Shown piece by piece: positions 24,632 through 39,342 of a stretch of DNA of 64,000 nt. The notes beneath the pieces are model-generated. The model made no database searches. It worked only from the letters and a program-made list of their open reading frames with translations, and was not told the origin of the DNA. Position 1 is the first letter of the stretch. Every line of letters begins with the position of its first letter. The stretch is taken from the NCBI GenBank assembly GCA_013265495.1, contig MU058636.1, positions 10,267,066-10,331,065 of the forward strand, given 5' to 3'. The stretch comes from Vicugna vicugna (Eukaryota). Position numbers and translations under genes: made by a program.

Positions 24632-25489
24632 CTGCAAAGCAAAACATCATGTTAGAAATACAATACTTCTCCAATTGGAAAACCCACTAGTCATACAGAT
24701 ATGTATTACATGGAAGACATGTCAAGTTTTAAAAGAGTTTATGGTATAGAATTCAACCCATACAGTCACTACAAGAGAGCTGAAACCAGGAAGGGAAAAA
24801 TAGTATGTTATCTTAAAAACAGCATCTGTATCTTAATTTAACGAGGGGACAACATAAAGTATTATTATAAACACCCTCTTTTACATATAGCTCTATTTTT
24901 CAGAGATTTGATAGGAACTGGTTTTAAAACCACTTAGATTTGCTATGTAAAGCACTATCAAAACCCCATCTCATTCTATCACCCCAAAATTACTGCCAGT
25001 TCTCGCCAGATTACACATTTGTCATTAACACAAAGTGAGAAGTCTTATAATACGGGGCCCACATGATCATGGAAAGAAAGAAAGGAAGCAGTATATATTC
25101 TTAGTCAAGAATTAAAAGCCTGAAAACTAGTAAGACCTAGATTCATTTATATCCTTAAAGCCCATTAGGCAAATACAAGTGAATATAAGGAAAACAGGGT
25201 TTTGTTTTGCTTTATTTTTTAATTTTAGAAAGTTGAACTGCCAAAAAAAAAAGAAAGAAAGAAAAATTTAAATTCAAGTGGTGTTTACCACCCTCTCTTC
25301 CCAATAATAACCAGTAGTGTGTACCAACTAACTCGACCTTGTCAGAGGTTATACTCTGGCCAAAAAGACAGCCTAGGAGGGAAAGAGTGATGGAGAGGAC
25401 GGGCAGCTTTGATCCACTAAGTATGGCTCTGTGACTAAATCACACCATGTATGCCCCTAGGACCACTGGTAAAGAAAATCAAGTTTTTT

Positions 25490-25660
25490 TAAGCACTTAG
25501 GTGGCACTGCTACTCACTGACTCAATGGCTACAAACCTTGGGAAACTGCTTGGCCCCCATGTGCCTTATAGACCCTTGTGAGGCTATTCTACAGGTTAAA
25601 TGTCATGAGTATGTAAAATGCTTAGCAGTGTCTGGAACATAGTAAGCAGTCACCAAGGAG
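25490..25660 (+). mobile_element. MIR SINE fragment
   Basis: ggttaaatgtcatgagtatgtaaaatgcttagcagtgtctggaacatagtaagc. Confidence 0.6.
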
Positions 25661-26776
25661 AAGGTATTAGATCCCAACTTGAGGGGCACAAGGTATCACC
25701 CACTCTGAACCCCATTCCCCTCCTCCTATCCACTGGGGTGTGGGTAGGAGCTTACAGGTATTATAAACACAAACTCACAACTCCAAACACACTGTGAGGG
25801 GTGCAGAGACAATCTGAAGGTCTAGTAGAAACTGTGGAGCCAGGTTGGAAACGAGGCAGCCAGAATTTGATTCCCCTACTGGACACAGGGCAACTGACAG
25901 CATCTGGAGTCTCAGGGACATGTAGACAAGGAAAGGGAGGCTCCTGAGGAGGGAGCTTCTCTGATACCTTTTTGCCCTCAACACCGGATAGGGTACACTA
26001 CAGACTCTATCTGCTTGTTTCCTGATGCAAGTCCAGGAGTGGGCCCTGGGTGTCCTAGACCCCTGAACAGGGTTGTGCATGGGCCCCCAGACTTCCCTAG
26101 CTTCCCCTGCCAAATGGATGCAAAGCTCAACTGACCAAGTCCCCGGACCCCTCTGGCCCCCCTCTCCCTGACCACGAAAAGGCTCTGGCTGGATTTGTGG
26201 TCACCCAGGGATGCAGCCACAACGCCCACATCCTCATGCCATTGCCGTGGGACGCAGATGTTTGAGTGCCAATCATTGCACCAGAACAAAGCCTTTTGTA
26301 CAGCAGGCCAGGCTGAGGCTCAACACAAACCATGAGCTCACAGTTTTTCTCGTTAAAAGCAGGTAGAAAACAAAGGGAAAAAGAAGAATCTCACGTTCTA
26401 AAAGGAGATACAAAAGTCAGAGTGAGGCTGGACAGGCAAGGCTGAGAAATCCACATTTCAACATGCCCTCTGACCCTCTGTACCACATTCCACCCAAGTA
26501 CTGCAACACAGCAGCTGGGACAAGCCCTTCCGCCAGGGCCCAGGTGAGGGTGGGTCAGCCACGTCCCTGGACAGGGGCTTCCAGGCTGGATGCTGGCAGG
26601 CATGTAAGTGGATGGCAATGAGGATTTGCTGCTGCTGCCAAGACTCCTCTTCCTACCTACAGATCTATCCCCAAACTCAAGACCAGCACTGAGGGCTTTA
26701 GGTACATACAAGACTCCCTAAAACCCAGAAGAGGCCAAGCACTGCATTTCCCTAATGTCTTATTTCATTCCCCCAA

Positions 26777-26777
<1 letters not shown>

Positions 26778-26807
<30 letters not shown>
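26778..26807. repeat. (AC)15 microsatellite
   Basis: Read directly. Confidence 0.95.
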
Positions 26808-26809
<2 letters not shown>

Positions 26810-28599
26810 TGCGCTCCCAAAGCCACAGCCTCATCTGCTGGGCCCACCAACACCAGCAAACCAAGCTCTATAATCTTCCTTAAAGAAGCAGGCCTGCCCT
26901 GCTCTGGGGGAGACTTGGAATGGAGCCTGTGACAAGCTCTATATGCTGAAAAGTCTAGGCATCTGCACAATATTCCATCATGACTATCTTGCTCTCTGAA
27001 CACAGAGACACAGATAAGCTATGATGAAATCTATAGAGGACAAGTTTGACTCCTGTCCTTGTCACAATAAGTTAATAATAAAGGGGGAAGATCTTCCTAG
27101 ATAGTGGGTTCCTGACTGTGTTGCCTGGGGAGGGGGTGGTGCAGCTCTACGACACACATAATTAGATCAGATCATCTGCAACTGCAACGGGGGGACATTT
27201 CTAACAAGACTGTAGAATTTGTAATGATGAAGGTGGGATATACACTAACTTACTACTTGGACTTACCCTTCCCCAATGCCAAAAAAGCCACAGCAATCCC
27301 TTACTTATCAAAACATGCTACATATTTTCCTAAGAGGACATTTCAGGTCGCTCTTTGAGCAACAGAGCTGTCTCCTAACTTTGCCAACAATTTAAAAACT
27401 TTCTTTCCGAACAGGAAAAGGTTTGCTGTGCAGGGCTTGTTACATAAATTCCTGTTTTTCACACAGCCAGAAGGACATTAAAGAGGCTATGATTGCAATG
27501 GGGGAACCAGAGTGGCAAGAGTGGCGGTGCTGAAGAGGTAATGCTGGTGAAAACATGTGTCGCTATTAATGATGTTATCATGTCTGCCGATCACTGCCGG
27601 ACACGGTGGACTCAGCCTGGTCTCATCGGGGAACCATGCAGCAGAGCCACACGCGACCGTCAGAGCTGTGCAGTCCTAGAACACGAACGAGTATCACGTG
27701 AGGAGAGAGGCAGAGTGTGAGCACAGAAGACTCATGCACTGCAAACCACTCACCTAAATCCAGAATTTCTGCATGAGACCATTAGAGAAAAGAACAAATC
27801 AGCAACTTTCCTCTCCACTAGCTGCACGGAGCTTCTCTGCAGCTCAGGCTGTCTGCTAATGCAGAGCTGGCTTTCCTCTGCATATGCCCCCTCTGCCACC
27901 TGCCCCCAACTCAGCTGCCATTTGCCCATGTGCGTGCCTGGCCACACTGAGCGGCGCAGGGTGTTCTTGGGGAGCTTGACCCAGTGGAAGTCCATGGATC
28001 TTGTAGGGAAGGGGTGCCCAGGACAGTGTGTCCTGGCTTGTTCGACTTGCTCTGCTGGCTGTTTCTAAAGCTCAGGTGTTCCATTTTATGCACTCTATAG
28101 ACTGGATTCTTAAAGGGCAAGGGGATAGAGCGTGTTTTTATTTACTAATCTCAAGGCCCCTAACAGATGTTCCACACAAAAGACATATTCAATGAACATT
28201 TGTTGACTGACATCCCAAAAACATTACAGGGAAGGTGTAATGCCTTCCACATATTTTCTCCATCCATTCGTGTACCAATTCATACCAAATAACTTTTATC
28301 GGGATTGATTTACGCTGGGTGCAGTGAAGGATGTCAGAAGGAATTAGTCACAGAGTCTGCCTTCCAGGTGTTTTATAATCTATCTAGAGAAGTAACAAGT
28401 CCATCTAAACAGTCACTTAGTACAGAAAACGATGTACAAAGGACTGTCCTGGAGCCTTGACTTTCTCCTGCCAAAAACTGCCACCCCACCCCTATAACTT
28501 CCGTCTCAGCCAAAATGTCCCTTTCCTTCTGGAAGCGTATCTTGAGAATCCCATTCCCATCCTGAAGCAAGCGTAAGACCTGGTTTACTCACCACAATT

Positions 28600-28730
28600 C
28601 TGATTCTACTATGTCTGGCTCCCCACTATACTGTCAGCAGCATGAGCTCGGGGAACTGGTCTGTCCCCTTGGACACTGTACCCTCACAGCTCCATCATCA
28701 AGTAGATACTCAAGTATCTGCTGAACAGAT
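28600..28730 (+). mobile_element. L2 3' end
   Basis: ccccactatactgtcagcagcatgag...cactgtaccctcacagc...agtagatactcaagtatctgctgaa. Confidence 0.55.
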
Positions 28731-29964
28731 TAATAGGTCCTACATTTTTACAGGGTTGTTGTAAAGATTAAATGAGATAAGATGTGCTTACCTCAATCAA
28801 TATCAGCTAATGCTGTTATTATTGGGATAATGGCATCTATAAAATAACAGTCTGTGCTTTAGAGATTTATCCATATTATAAACATTAGTCTCATTTCTTA
28901 AAAATCATATCTTGTACTGTTCTCACTAACATGAGGCTTTTACATGTTAGTTACTGGACAAACAGACCAGTTTTGGGGTAAGAGTTAAGATATTTTTCCT
29001 CTGCACTAGACAGCATCTCAGATGCTATGGGCCAATGCTAAGGAAGGAATTCAGACAATAAAGGTGGTCTGTTAACATGCTTGCTGGTCATGTCCTCATA
29101 ACTTCAAGGTTGCTGCCGAGCCTTGTGTGTGCACAGGCAGCGGCAGCAGGTGTTAGAGAAGAGCCACTTCAACAGGCCAGTCTGGCATCGCCACAGGGGA
29201 TGGTTATGACTGAGCTCCACTGGTCCCCCCGCCTTCCTGGCTAGAAAAAGCCAGGCTCCAAGGCTGGTCCCCAGAGGCCCTGGGGACACAGAGCAGGAAC
29301 CATCCCTCCCCAGAATGCTCCTAGCCTTGCTGCCTAAAGCAATAATCAGATAACAAAATCCAAGAAAGAAATCTTTACACCTTTCACTTCATTTACATTT
29401 TTATCTCATTTTTTTAAATGAGCAAATGTGTTATATAATGTATATAATATATTGTTACAGAGTAAGTGAATAAATGTAATCTCAAAAAGACTCAGTGATT
29501 TTTAACGAAGACATTTAGAGACCACTAGTCTGTTACAGTCAACTTCTAGTCTCCTAGAAGCCCCAACAAGAAAACCAAAGGAGCAGAACGAGCCCTACAG
29601 TCAAGTCTAGCAAACTCTTCGGTCCCCCAAGGCCTGGGTTGAAAAAAATGATCTGGGGTCCAGCCCTCAGTTTGTTCCCGTCCTCCCCTGCCCTGGGCTC
29701 CTTCCTGACCACTTCTCTCTATTCCAGGCTTCCCTGGACCCTGGCCTCCTGAATCCAATCCTCTGGACTTGAGCTGCCACATGGCTCCATTCAGCCTACC
29801 CACTGGGGTGCATGGAGACCACCACCTCTCACCATCACTGCTGCACCCCACTTTCTTTCTGCAGGGAGTTCTAAGACGATGCTGCTCTTCGTGTTTAACC
29901 AAAAATAAAACCAACTGAAGCTGAATACATCCTGCTCAGGAACCTCTGCCCCTCATACTTTACA

Positions 29965-30100
29965 TCTGGATTTTACTTAACAGTTTACAAACCGCTTTCA
30001 ATACATCATGTCATTTCATCCTTGGAGGAGACCTATAAGGCAGGTATTATTGGCCCCATTTTAGAAATAGAAAAACTGAGGCTCAGAAAATGAATCTCAT
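29965..30100 (-). mobile_element. MIR SINE
   Basis: ggcaggtattattggccccattttagaaatagaaaaactgaggctcaga core. Confidence 0.75.
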
Positions 30101-31689
30101 GCAAAATGACCCTGCATGTAACACCACTGCCAGCTGGAAAAACCACTTATAGGCTTCGCCATTGTTAAGAAAAATCAAAGGAACACATTTAAGACTGAGG
30201 TTACATGTGTGCATCTTGAGGGAGCGGAACTAATTCTGTTTACAAATACTAGTTTACAAAACTCGTTTTCTTTTTTTTTATATCAGAAGTATTTCCCTAC
30301 AACCACTGTTAAGTCTTGCTATTTCAAGGAGATGTTAATGCAAAACTCGTTTTCTGCCTCAATAAGTAATAAATTTACAAAATATAATTGGCTTTTAATT
30401 CTAATTGGCTACTCTTTGTTGCAGGAAACCAGAGCAGCTGAAGTGTGAATTTCAGATGTTAGCATCGCCCCGGGGAAAGCATGTGTAAAAAGGCTGTGGG
30501 GACCCACAAGGAAAGTGGAAAGGTCCCCAGAGGCCCCTACAGCCTAATACTGCCCATTGCCCAGCGACAGGGTGGATGTGAGAAACAGTCACCAAGCCAA
30601 ACAAAAAACTTCTAAGACACTGAAACATATGACTAAATGAATTTGTTGTTCTAGAAATTCTAGAAATTCTTTCAAAATGCTAGACAGACTAGATTTTTCC
30701 AAAAGCATTTTATCTAATTTCTGTGAACTCTATCAATGTGTGCAATGGTTTCATAGGCTCCCAGCGAGAACTTTAACCCTTTCTCCGCTTCCTCTTTTAC
30801 ACTATCCCTTCCTGCACTTTAAGGAATAAAAACAAACCAAGGAGAAAGTAGGAATAATCTCTATTCAACACAGAGTTCCCATTAAATAAAGGTGGTAACA
30901 GAACAACTTTGCAAGGTAATGCATTTTGCTTGCAAAAAGAAGGAAAACAGGTGACCTCTTGCCCAGCCTTTTTTTTTAAACAGGTGACGTCAATAGATGT
31001 CAACAATAGACAGCACATAAATTCAACTCTAAAAAGTATTGTAATAGAAGATCTGCTGTGAAGAGCTTGAGCTATTACACATTCGGCCCTGGCACCCAGC
31101 TCTTCTGTGAAGCTGATTTCACTTCCCAGAAACCTGTCCTTTTTGCCCCACCACCAATGGTCCCAAAGGCCCCTCTCACCCTCCCTAGTCTGCACTAGGA
31201 CTCTGGGCTTCCCCAGGACCTCAAGGCTGTGGGCAGAGGACTTGCAGCCTCATAAAATTTGCCAGCTGGAAAGACCTGGGAGGGTCACCTGGCCTAACAC
31301 CCTCATTTTATATTTGAAAAAATAGAGTTCAGAAAGACTGAAGTGCATATGGAAAGCTTATGGGTGTTCACTTACAAAAAGTGGAATCATGTGGGGCTTT
31401 AGTCCTAGAAGAACCAGAAAGCAAGTATCAAACATACAGTGCGTCTCCCCTGACCAAATCAACCCTAAGCTATAGATTCTCAGCAGCTACAGACCCACAT
31501 CTAGCTCTAAACAGCTTTATCTCTGACTCAAATCATTCCAAAGGAAGGAAAATGTGACTAAGTTAAATCACCTTCTACTAAAAAAAAGCATGGGGGAGAT
31601 CATGATCTCCTGTAAAATAGAACCAAAAAGACAAATGTAAGGACTCATGAGCAGTTTCATGCTTTCAAGAGGCAGGAGGGAGGAGGAAC

Positions 31690-31880
31690 CCAAGGTCAGA
31701 CTGTGGGGCCCCGGAGTGAGTCACCAGATCTCCCTAAGCCTCAGTCTTGACATCTGTCACAGTAACGGCTATTACACGGGATCATTACAAGGGATTGTTA
31801 TGGGCTAAACGGCATGGTATTCATGGAAAGGGCCTGGCACATCACCTGACACAAAACTGAGGAAATAAAGGTTGGCTATT
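31690..31880 (+). mobile_element. MIR SINE
   Basis: ctctccctaagcctcagtcttgacatctgt-like core and gggcctggcaca. Confidence 0.55.
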
Positions 31881-34800
31881 TTGTAATGGGAAGTAAAGAG
31901 GTGTATAAACGAGAATTTTTTAGCCATCATGAATGGTTGCAACTTGATTAAAAGTCATTTATCACAAGCTTCCTGTTTAACAGGCAGCTGGCCTTCCTCA
32001 GACTTGTTTCCATGTCCTCACAACTGAGCTGCAATCCTTCCTTAACAGAAATATTGTTCTCGTCCCTTTAGAGGATTTTAGATGTAAAAAAGTTGGATTG
32101 TTGAACTGGTGTGGTCCCGTCAGCTACAGGGTGACCCTGTCAGAACACATGTCCCTGAGGCTGATCAAGGTGGGGGACACACACAGCTGACCGATGCCCA
32201 GCTGTGTCCAGGATGGCAGGGATGAGAACCATGCTCTTTCTCACCTCTTCACACACTCTGGCCGCTTACCTCACAGAAGAGAGCAAACCCTAAAAAAGCC
32301 CGAGAAATGGGGGGCTTCGGGGCATTCTGCAGGACAGAGTGCTGGTGGGAGAGGGGGTTACAAAGTGAACTGGACACTGGTATCAGGAAACAAGGCACGA
32401 GGACAGAGGCACCCCGAGCCCAGAGGGCTGGCCAAGGAGGAAAACCTCACAATGGAGAAGCAGACAATGCTCCAAGGTGTGTCTCATCTTTGACCAGCTC
32501 TTGTAATAGCCAAAAGCCTCAACGTTTCAGAGTCACACTCCAGCCAACAACCTCAGACATTTAAGATTAAAGAAAAAAAATCTTCAGGGACAGACACAAA
32601 AGCTACTTAATGCAATTAAAGCCATCCCAAGCTGTTGCTTCTCAGAAGCTCGTAAGTCAAAGAAAGACAGTGTTTCTCCCCCATGCTGCATCCCCTAGGA
32701 AAAGACCCCATAGAGAAAGCTACCATTTTATGAAAGGAAGTCGGGCAAAGCCTTAATTTTTCAGAATGTGAAAATCTATACCATTTCATGCCCTGTGCTT
32801 CACACATTATCAGAAACTAGCAACTGCAAAAGACAAACCTAAAACAATCCAGGTGAGGTTGAAACCTTAAGATTTAGATGCAAGCTCTTCCCTTCTGTTC
32901 CAGATCCTGAGGCATTTATCTAAATCACTACTCATCTATAATCTCCATAAAAGTTGCTAATGTGGACCCCCGTTTAAGTGTGGGTAAGAGGAACTACCTC
33001 CCGTGGTCACACACTTGGGCCTGATGCTGCCATTCTAACCAACAAGGTCAACTCTCAGGTGAGTGTCATCAGCCCTGGCTAATAAAGTCCCTGTGGTGGA
33101 TACACCGAGCCTAAATTTCATTTAGCTAAAATTATTTTAAATGCCTCTTTTTTGTTTTATTAAAGGATGAGTAGTAGGCTACTAAGGATCTCAAAGTGGA
33201 GCTTGTCTCTTTCCCCTGAGATTAATTTAGTGTCAGTGCAACCTGCAGGCATCCCTGGCCACCCTTTAACCCACTCTCACTCCTTCCCCAGGGAAGCACA
33301 GGCACTCAGCACTGCCAAGTCCACAGCAGGAAGCCACCACCCCCTACCTTGTCCACCTGCTGACCTGCAGGAGCCTACCCTGTCTGATGTCTGAAACTTC
33401 TTTTTCATTAACTGTCCAGAATATGAACTCTCTTGCTGCTCTTGCCTAATGACTGCCTCAGTCCCATAACGCCCCACTGCAGCAGAATATTAAGAGGAAA
33501 CTCATTTGTGCAAGTGTTTCTGCCATTTTCCTAATGAAAATCTTCATCTGTTTTACAGGCCATACCATTTTTCTAATCTTCAATGGCTCCATAAATGCAC
33601 TGCTTTACAATGCAATTAACTACCTTATGTCTTTGGCTACCAGAAGAATGACGCAAAACAAAATAAAAACCAAAAACAAAGAACACATTAGGATTTATTC
33701 TATTCTGATGAAGAACTTAAATTAGGTATAAAGCGAAGCACAGCATGTATCAACAGTTTGGTCAAACATAAAGTTTTCTGAAAAGAACTAAAGGGAATTT
33801 TAAAGTATTGTCAGAGTTAGTGATGAGCCCATTAAACATATTCATGTTAAGTAAATGCTTATTCAAGGTGTGCACCCAAAGTGTTTATAAGAGCCAACAA
33901 AAAGCTTTATCAACATAAATTCAAAGGCAGTAAGGTTGTAACTTGGACAGATTAAAATCTCTAGGATAAAATCCCATCCACAGGATGTACTATCTTTAAC
34001 TGCTTCTCATTCTAAATATGTTCACTGTCTGGAAAATCTAGGGGAAAAAAATGAATCCACTCAATGCAAAATCTATTTACCAAGAATTGCTACTCTTAGC
34101 AAATAGAATTAAAAAGTACAAAGTCTAGGTTTATGTGGTTTTTTTTCTATTTTGGAACTCAAATATGGTAAATCCAGATTACAAAATGAACAGCAAATTG
34201 CAATAAAATGTAACTCTGAATTACATTTTATTTGCAATGTAGAATTACCTTCGTGATATACAATCTTGAAACCAGCTTGCTTGCCCATCATTCTGGCTAA
34301 GGAACCTAATGCAACAACGACTTGGTAAGTCCACACTGTTTTGGGGCCGCCTTCTCCAAATTCTTGGGATCCTGCCTCAAGTCAAATAACTACAAAAATT
34401 CACTGACTGATCCAATACTAGCAAAACCATTGGGGCCCATTTACTTTATGATAAAGCAAAATGTCCCCTACCATGGGAGGCTGGGCCCAGCCAGAGCTGT
34501 TCCCAAGAATCCTGGAGACATCAGGGATCCACTTCAGTGAACAGACCACAGACACAGCAGGTCTGCTACGTAACAGCCCTACTCTTCACACCTTCCTTCC
34601 AAACAACAAAGGCTCCTTCAGCATTACCAGGACCCACGCCAGTTCAGGGACTCCAAAAGAACCCCCCAAAATGTTTCAGAAATGCAGCTTTCATTAAGAT
34701 ACCTAAAAACCTACAGATACGACCCTCAAGGCCTTCCATAATGTGCTCACCCTAAAACCACACCTTCCCAGCAACACGGCCCGTCCCGTACAAGAGGCCT

Positions 34801-37800
34801 ACACTCAACTTCGCAAGCAGCATCTGTCCATGGGCCTCTCACAATATGGTGCTGTGCCTTTTTGTAAGACCAAGTTTCCTACTCAGTGTAAACACCTATG
34901 CTGTGAACAGCATTTTCACTTCTGTCTGCAAACTCTGAACAGAAAATGAGCCTGAGAAGCAACCCCCTCACCCCTGTATAGTCACCAACACTCCACTACA
35001 AGTGACACATTCACCAAGTGATGCCACAAGTACCTGCAGCCTCAATCAGGCCTCAAGTCAAGATGAAGGCCAGTTCTGGGAGCATGTGCTTGGCCAAGAT
35101 CACTCCTGGGCTCAGGGGATGCTGGAAAGCTCCAAGCTGAGTCTGCCCTGGAACCAGACTGAGGCGACCTCAGGACATCCTACTATGACTCCTGTGAGTT
35201 CATTACTTTTGAGCTCAGCCTGGGGCTAAGCTGATCCATATTCCAGAGAGAAGGGAGAAAGAAAGCCAACTAAGACAAAAAGGATCCCCAAACCAGCTGA
35301 AGATTCTCGACTGAGCAATCAGCAAAACTTACTTATCTGGAAAATTTTCCTTGTATTAAACTTTTTACTCCTAACGCTGCAGTTTGAACTCATGTCCTCT
35401 TTAGAAACATGAACAACATTACCAAGAATTAAAAGTATAAGACTTTGTCTACAAATCTCCAAAGACAAAAACCTCACAGCTACTTTTAGTAGTTATGAAC
35501 ATCATTTTTAGGAGGTGTCGACCTTTTAAAATGCACTGGCTCCACAACACATATTCACTGTTTGGAGCTGAGAAAACAATGAGAGAATTTGGTACAGTTA
35601 AGCTCTATCTTAAACACTCAAGGGAAACTAGCAAAGGAAGAAAGAATGATTATATGAACCATTTCTTAGGATAATTCAAACCAGTGGAGAATCAGAACTT
35701 CTCACCCAAGCCCATAGTCTGTGGTGGTCCACCTTAAACTCCTCTTTGGAACTTAAGTGCTCACTGTTTTCAGTTTATCACTTTGAATTTTGTCCAAAAG
35801 GAAACCGTATGTGAGAATCTTGCACACAGTACAAATGTTTTATGTATCTTCCAAGCTACTACATTCAAGGATATTCTGAACCACAGCTACAATTTCTACC
35901 ATAATATATCAGTACATTCAGCAGCACCTTTTCTCCACTTTCTTAAAATCATGCATTTGCCCTAATGGTTCAGTATTAAGGGTCTCCCCAGAAGACTAAG
36001 GGCTTACATTCATGTCCAAGTCAGGTCATTTACTCTGCATATGAATCTAAGCAAGTCAGATGATGTCCCGGGCCTCACCATCACATAACCCAAAGGAGCA
36101 TTGTGAAGACTAAGTGAGAACACATGTGGAAACCACACAGCATATCAAAAATGTGCAAGACACTATTCAATTTCCAGTAATCCTTGATATTCTAAAACAA
36201 AAGCAAAGTTTTCTGGAAGAAGCTGTCAGCCCCATTATCGCAGATATTTAAACAGTTATGAGCAGTGAGATCAGCCTTAATTTCAACTCTCACTTTTTTC
36301 TAAACCAACAGGTAGTCTCTGGTATTATTTTCTTTATTTTGTATTACTTGGAAAAGTAATTCTGACAATCTAGTTAAGGCTGCAAGAGATCGTTTAGAAC
36401 TGTTAGAGGGTGAACAAAGTTTGAAACAATTATTTTTCAGTGCTATCATATACCTCAAAGATAAGAAGTTTTACATTTTAATCATTTTTAAAGTCCATGA
36501 TACATTTCTATCAAATAATTAATAAAACAGACACCAATATATTGGATAACTGTTTTAGTCCTCAAAGTAGCTATAAATTAGGCTGGAGCAGCATGCCATT
36601 TTAGAGCGAAACATTTTCTTTAAGAGAGCTTTCCACGTTGGGTTAGTTTTTTGTTTATTTCATTATGTATACATCCGGCTGTCCCAAAAGGACCCCAGGG
36701 TGAATAAGGGCTGAAACAGAACACATCCAGGCAGTCCCACCCAAGCCACCAACAGAGCACTGCTTTGCTGTTGGGGGACCAAGAGGGATTGGGGTACCAA
36801 GGATCTCACAGGATCTTGAGTCAGTCATTTTTACTGGGAATATGAACAGAAAATAAACTTTTACCTTCAGTTTTTATTATTGAAAAATCCATCCCAAATT
36901 AATCAAGAAATAAGCAAAGCCTAGTTGAAGTGAGTCTAACGTAAACTATTTTAATTCCAGACCATCTCAGAAATTAATTTATTTCCATTCACATTTCAAT
37001 AACATAAATCAGGGCCTTTTAATTCAGCCAAATTGAAAGCAATCAACGTCATTTTCAAGTCAACATGTATTTACTGGGCCCTTAATGTTGACTAGGTACT
37101 GTGGAAACAACAAAGGCACATAAGGCTCTTTTCCAAAACGAAAGGTGGCACATGCTCAAAACAAGAAAGGAAAGACCCTAACCTGTAATTGGAACATGAG
37201 GAAAGGCAAGATTCCAATGGCTGGATAAAGGGGGAAGGAATTCTTGATGTGAGTGTAGAACATGAATCAAAGCTGATGGGTATACTTATACAACATGTGT
37301 TCTAAAAACCCAAGAGCCCTGGACTCAAATCCACATACTGCCTGAGTAATCCTGGGTAAGTGATTTACAATCCAACAATATTTATCTTATTGAATCACAG
37401 TACTAAACGCTCAGGGTGCACAAACCACCCAACAAGTATCAGCTATTTAGTATTTGTGAGAGAAGTGTGTTAAAGTACTAACCTGTCTGGAGAAGGGGTA
37501 AGCATGGCCATATTTGAGTTCAGATACAGAAAGAGGGGAAAACAGGGTGGGAGGGGACTTCTAAAAATGAGCAAGGAGCTTGTATTTTATCTGAACACTC
37601 AGGAGAGCAAGTAAAGATCAGAATAAAGTTACAACATGGAACCCAGAGGGAAAGGGCCAGCCTGTCTTCCCACAAGACGGTGGGAGAGGAGACACGGTGC
37701 CCTAGCTTGGAAAGTAGATACTTTAGATTATCCAAAAATCTAAATATATGCAGGTGACTGTATTTTTATGTGCACTTAAATTTTTGTTGATGAGCAAAAC

Positions 37801-38477
37801 ACCTCAGGGAGGTACTGTACTGTCTTTGGAATGGCTCTTTCCCACCCCAAAAGGTGTCCTTGGCTCAAATCACTGCCCCCAGCAGAACGGTGCCACAGCT
37901 TGTGTAGAGAGACTGATGGCGAGTGTTGCCTTCAGGGCTTTAACCACCTATCTCCCTGAAAATGATGGGGTTTTATATTAAAGCAGCTGCTTGGCTTTTG
38001 TCTCATGATTCGAATGCTCCCTGGTAGTTCTAAAACCCGTGGCATAATCTCTGGTTTTTTTCAGTCAAGGAGGGCAGGATACTGGGGGCTAGGACCATTT
38101 GTTTTGAATGAACAAGATTTTAACATGTGTAAAGTCTGGTGTGTTTTCAAACTTTTATTCTTCGTTCACAGCATTTGGCTTACAAATTCCATTCTTACTT
38201 TTTGAAACGTTTATTTTTGTTTCTTGAGGTCATTGTCTAGGCTCAACCATAACATCTTTCAGGTTGTTTTGAACGGCTAAGGGGAAATTAAAGGAAATAA
38301 TGCCCTACAATGTAACCATGGACTGCTCAGCATAAACAGGGAGAAAGCTACAACAAATTACTCAGGAGTGATTAGTCAGTACCCTGGTAGGTGCACATGA
38401 GATCTGGGGCCCAGACTGACTAACAGCTGGAAAGCAGTGGGGTGAGGGTAAACTGAGATGGCATTTTCTCCCCACTA

Positions 38478-38478
<1 letters not shown>

Positions 38479-38528
<50 letters not shown>

Positions 38529-38537
38529 ACACACACA
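38479..38537. repeat. (CA)24 C (CA)5 microsatellite
   Basis: Read directly. Confidence 0.95.
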
Positions 38538-39123
38538 GGAAAGAGGTCTGAATCTTGGGAAGTTAATATTTAACAGTTGATTATCCCATCAGAATTTGAT
38601 TATAAAAGTACATGACTGTGGGTATAACCCCTACCCTCAGCAGATCCCACTGACCTTTGTTCTTTCACAGCCCAGGAACCCTGGCATCCATCTGCTTCCT
38701 TTCTTTTTGGTCCCAAAATAAGTTAATGTCATGCAACTTATGACCAGGTTTAAAAGTCACGAAGTTACTAGCAAACAATAGCAGACAGATCAAACATTTT
38801 GTAAAACATAGGTCATACAGTCTAATACCTGGTCTGATCACTTTCTTCGAGGAGCGCCGAGGAACTCTTGATGAGACAAATATCACACCTTAGGTTATTA
38901 ACCTCCCATCTATTGTACAACACGTTCTCCCAACCATTCCATTACTCCTATTGGGATCATTGTATTCTCCCCCAAAACAAAAGAAACCAAACAAAGCACT
39001 TCCATTAATATAGTTTCTACCTTCTGGATTTTAAAATACTTTAATGTGAACTTTTCATCTACACCCAACTCCTGAAATAGCTTAGCTTAGGTAAGGATGA
39101 AAGCAGGTAGATACTCTAGAAAC

Positions 39124-39342
39124 GAGAAAGGAGAAAGGAGAAAGGAGAAAGGAGAAAGGAGAAAGGAGAAAGGAGAGGAGAGGAGAGGAGAGGAGAGGAG
39201 AGGAGAGGAGAGGAGAGGAGAGGAAAGNNNNNNNNNNNNNNNNNNNNNNNNNAGGAGAGGAGAGGAGAGGAGAGGAGAGGAGAGGAGAGGAGAGGAGAGG
39301 AGAGGAGAGGAAAAGGAAAAGGAAAAGGAAAAGGGAAGAAAA
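39124..39342. repeat. Compound polypurine repeat (GAGAAAG)n-(GAGAG)n-(GAAAAG)n spanning a 25-N assembly gap (39228-39252)
   Basis: Read directly. Confidence 0.95.

Noticed and set aside
24230..24642. 125-aa alternative-frame and antisense ORFs over FOXO1 exon 2
   Set aside because: Shadow ORFs of a real coding exon; the minus-strand one starts at an intronic TTG.
25494..25508. CTCF-like cacttaggtggcac (also 17834-17848 and about 3442-3456)
   Set aside because: Several mismatches to the core consensus; not supportable without PWM scoring or ChIP.
30648..30672. Heat-shock element ttctagaaattctagaaattct
   Set aside because: GAA-to-TTC spacing is 1 nt instead of 2; it is a 9-bp tandem duplication.
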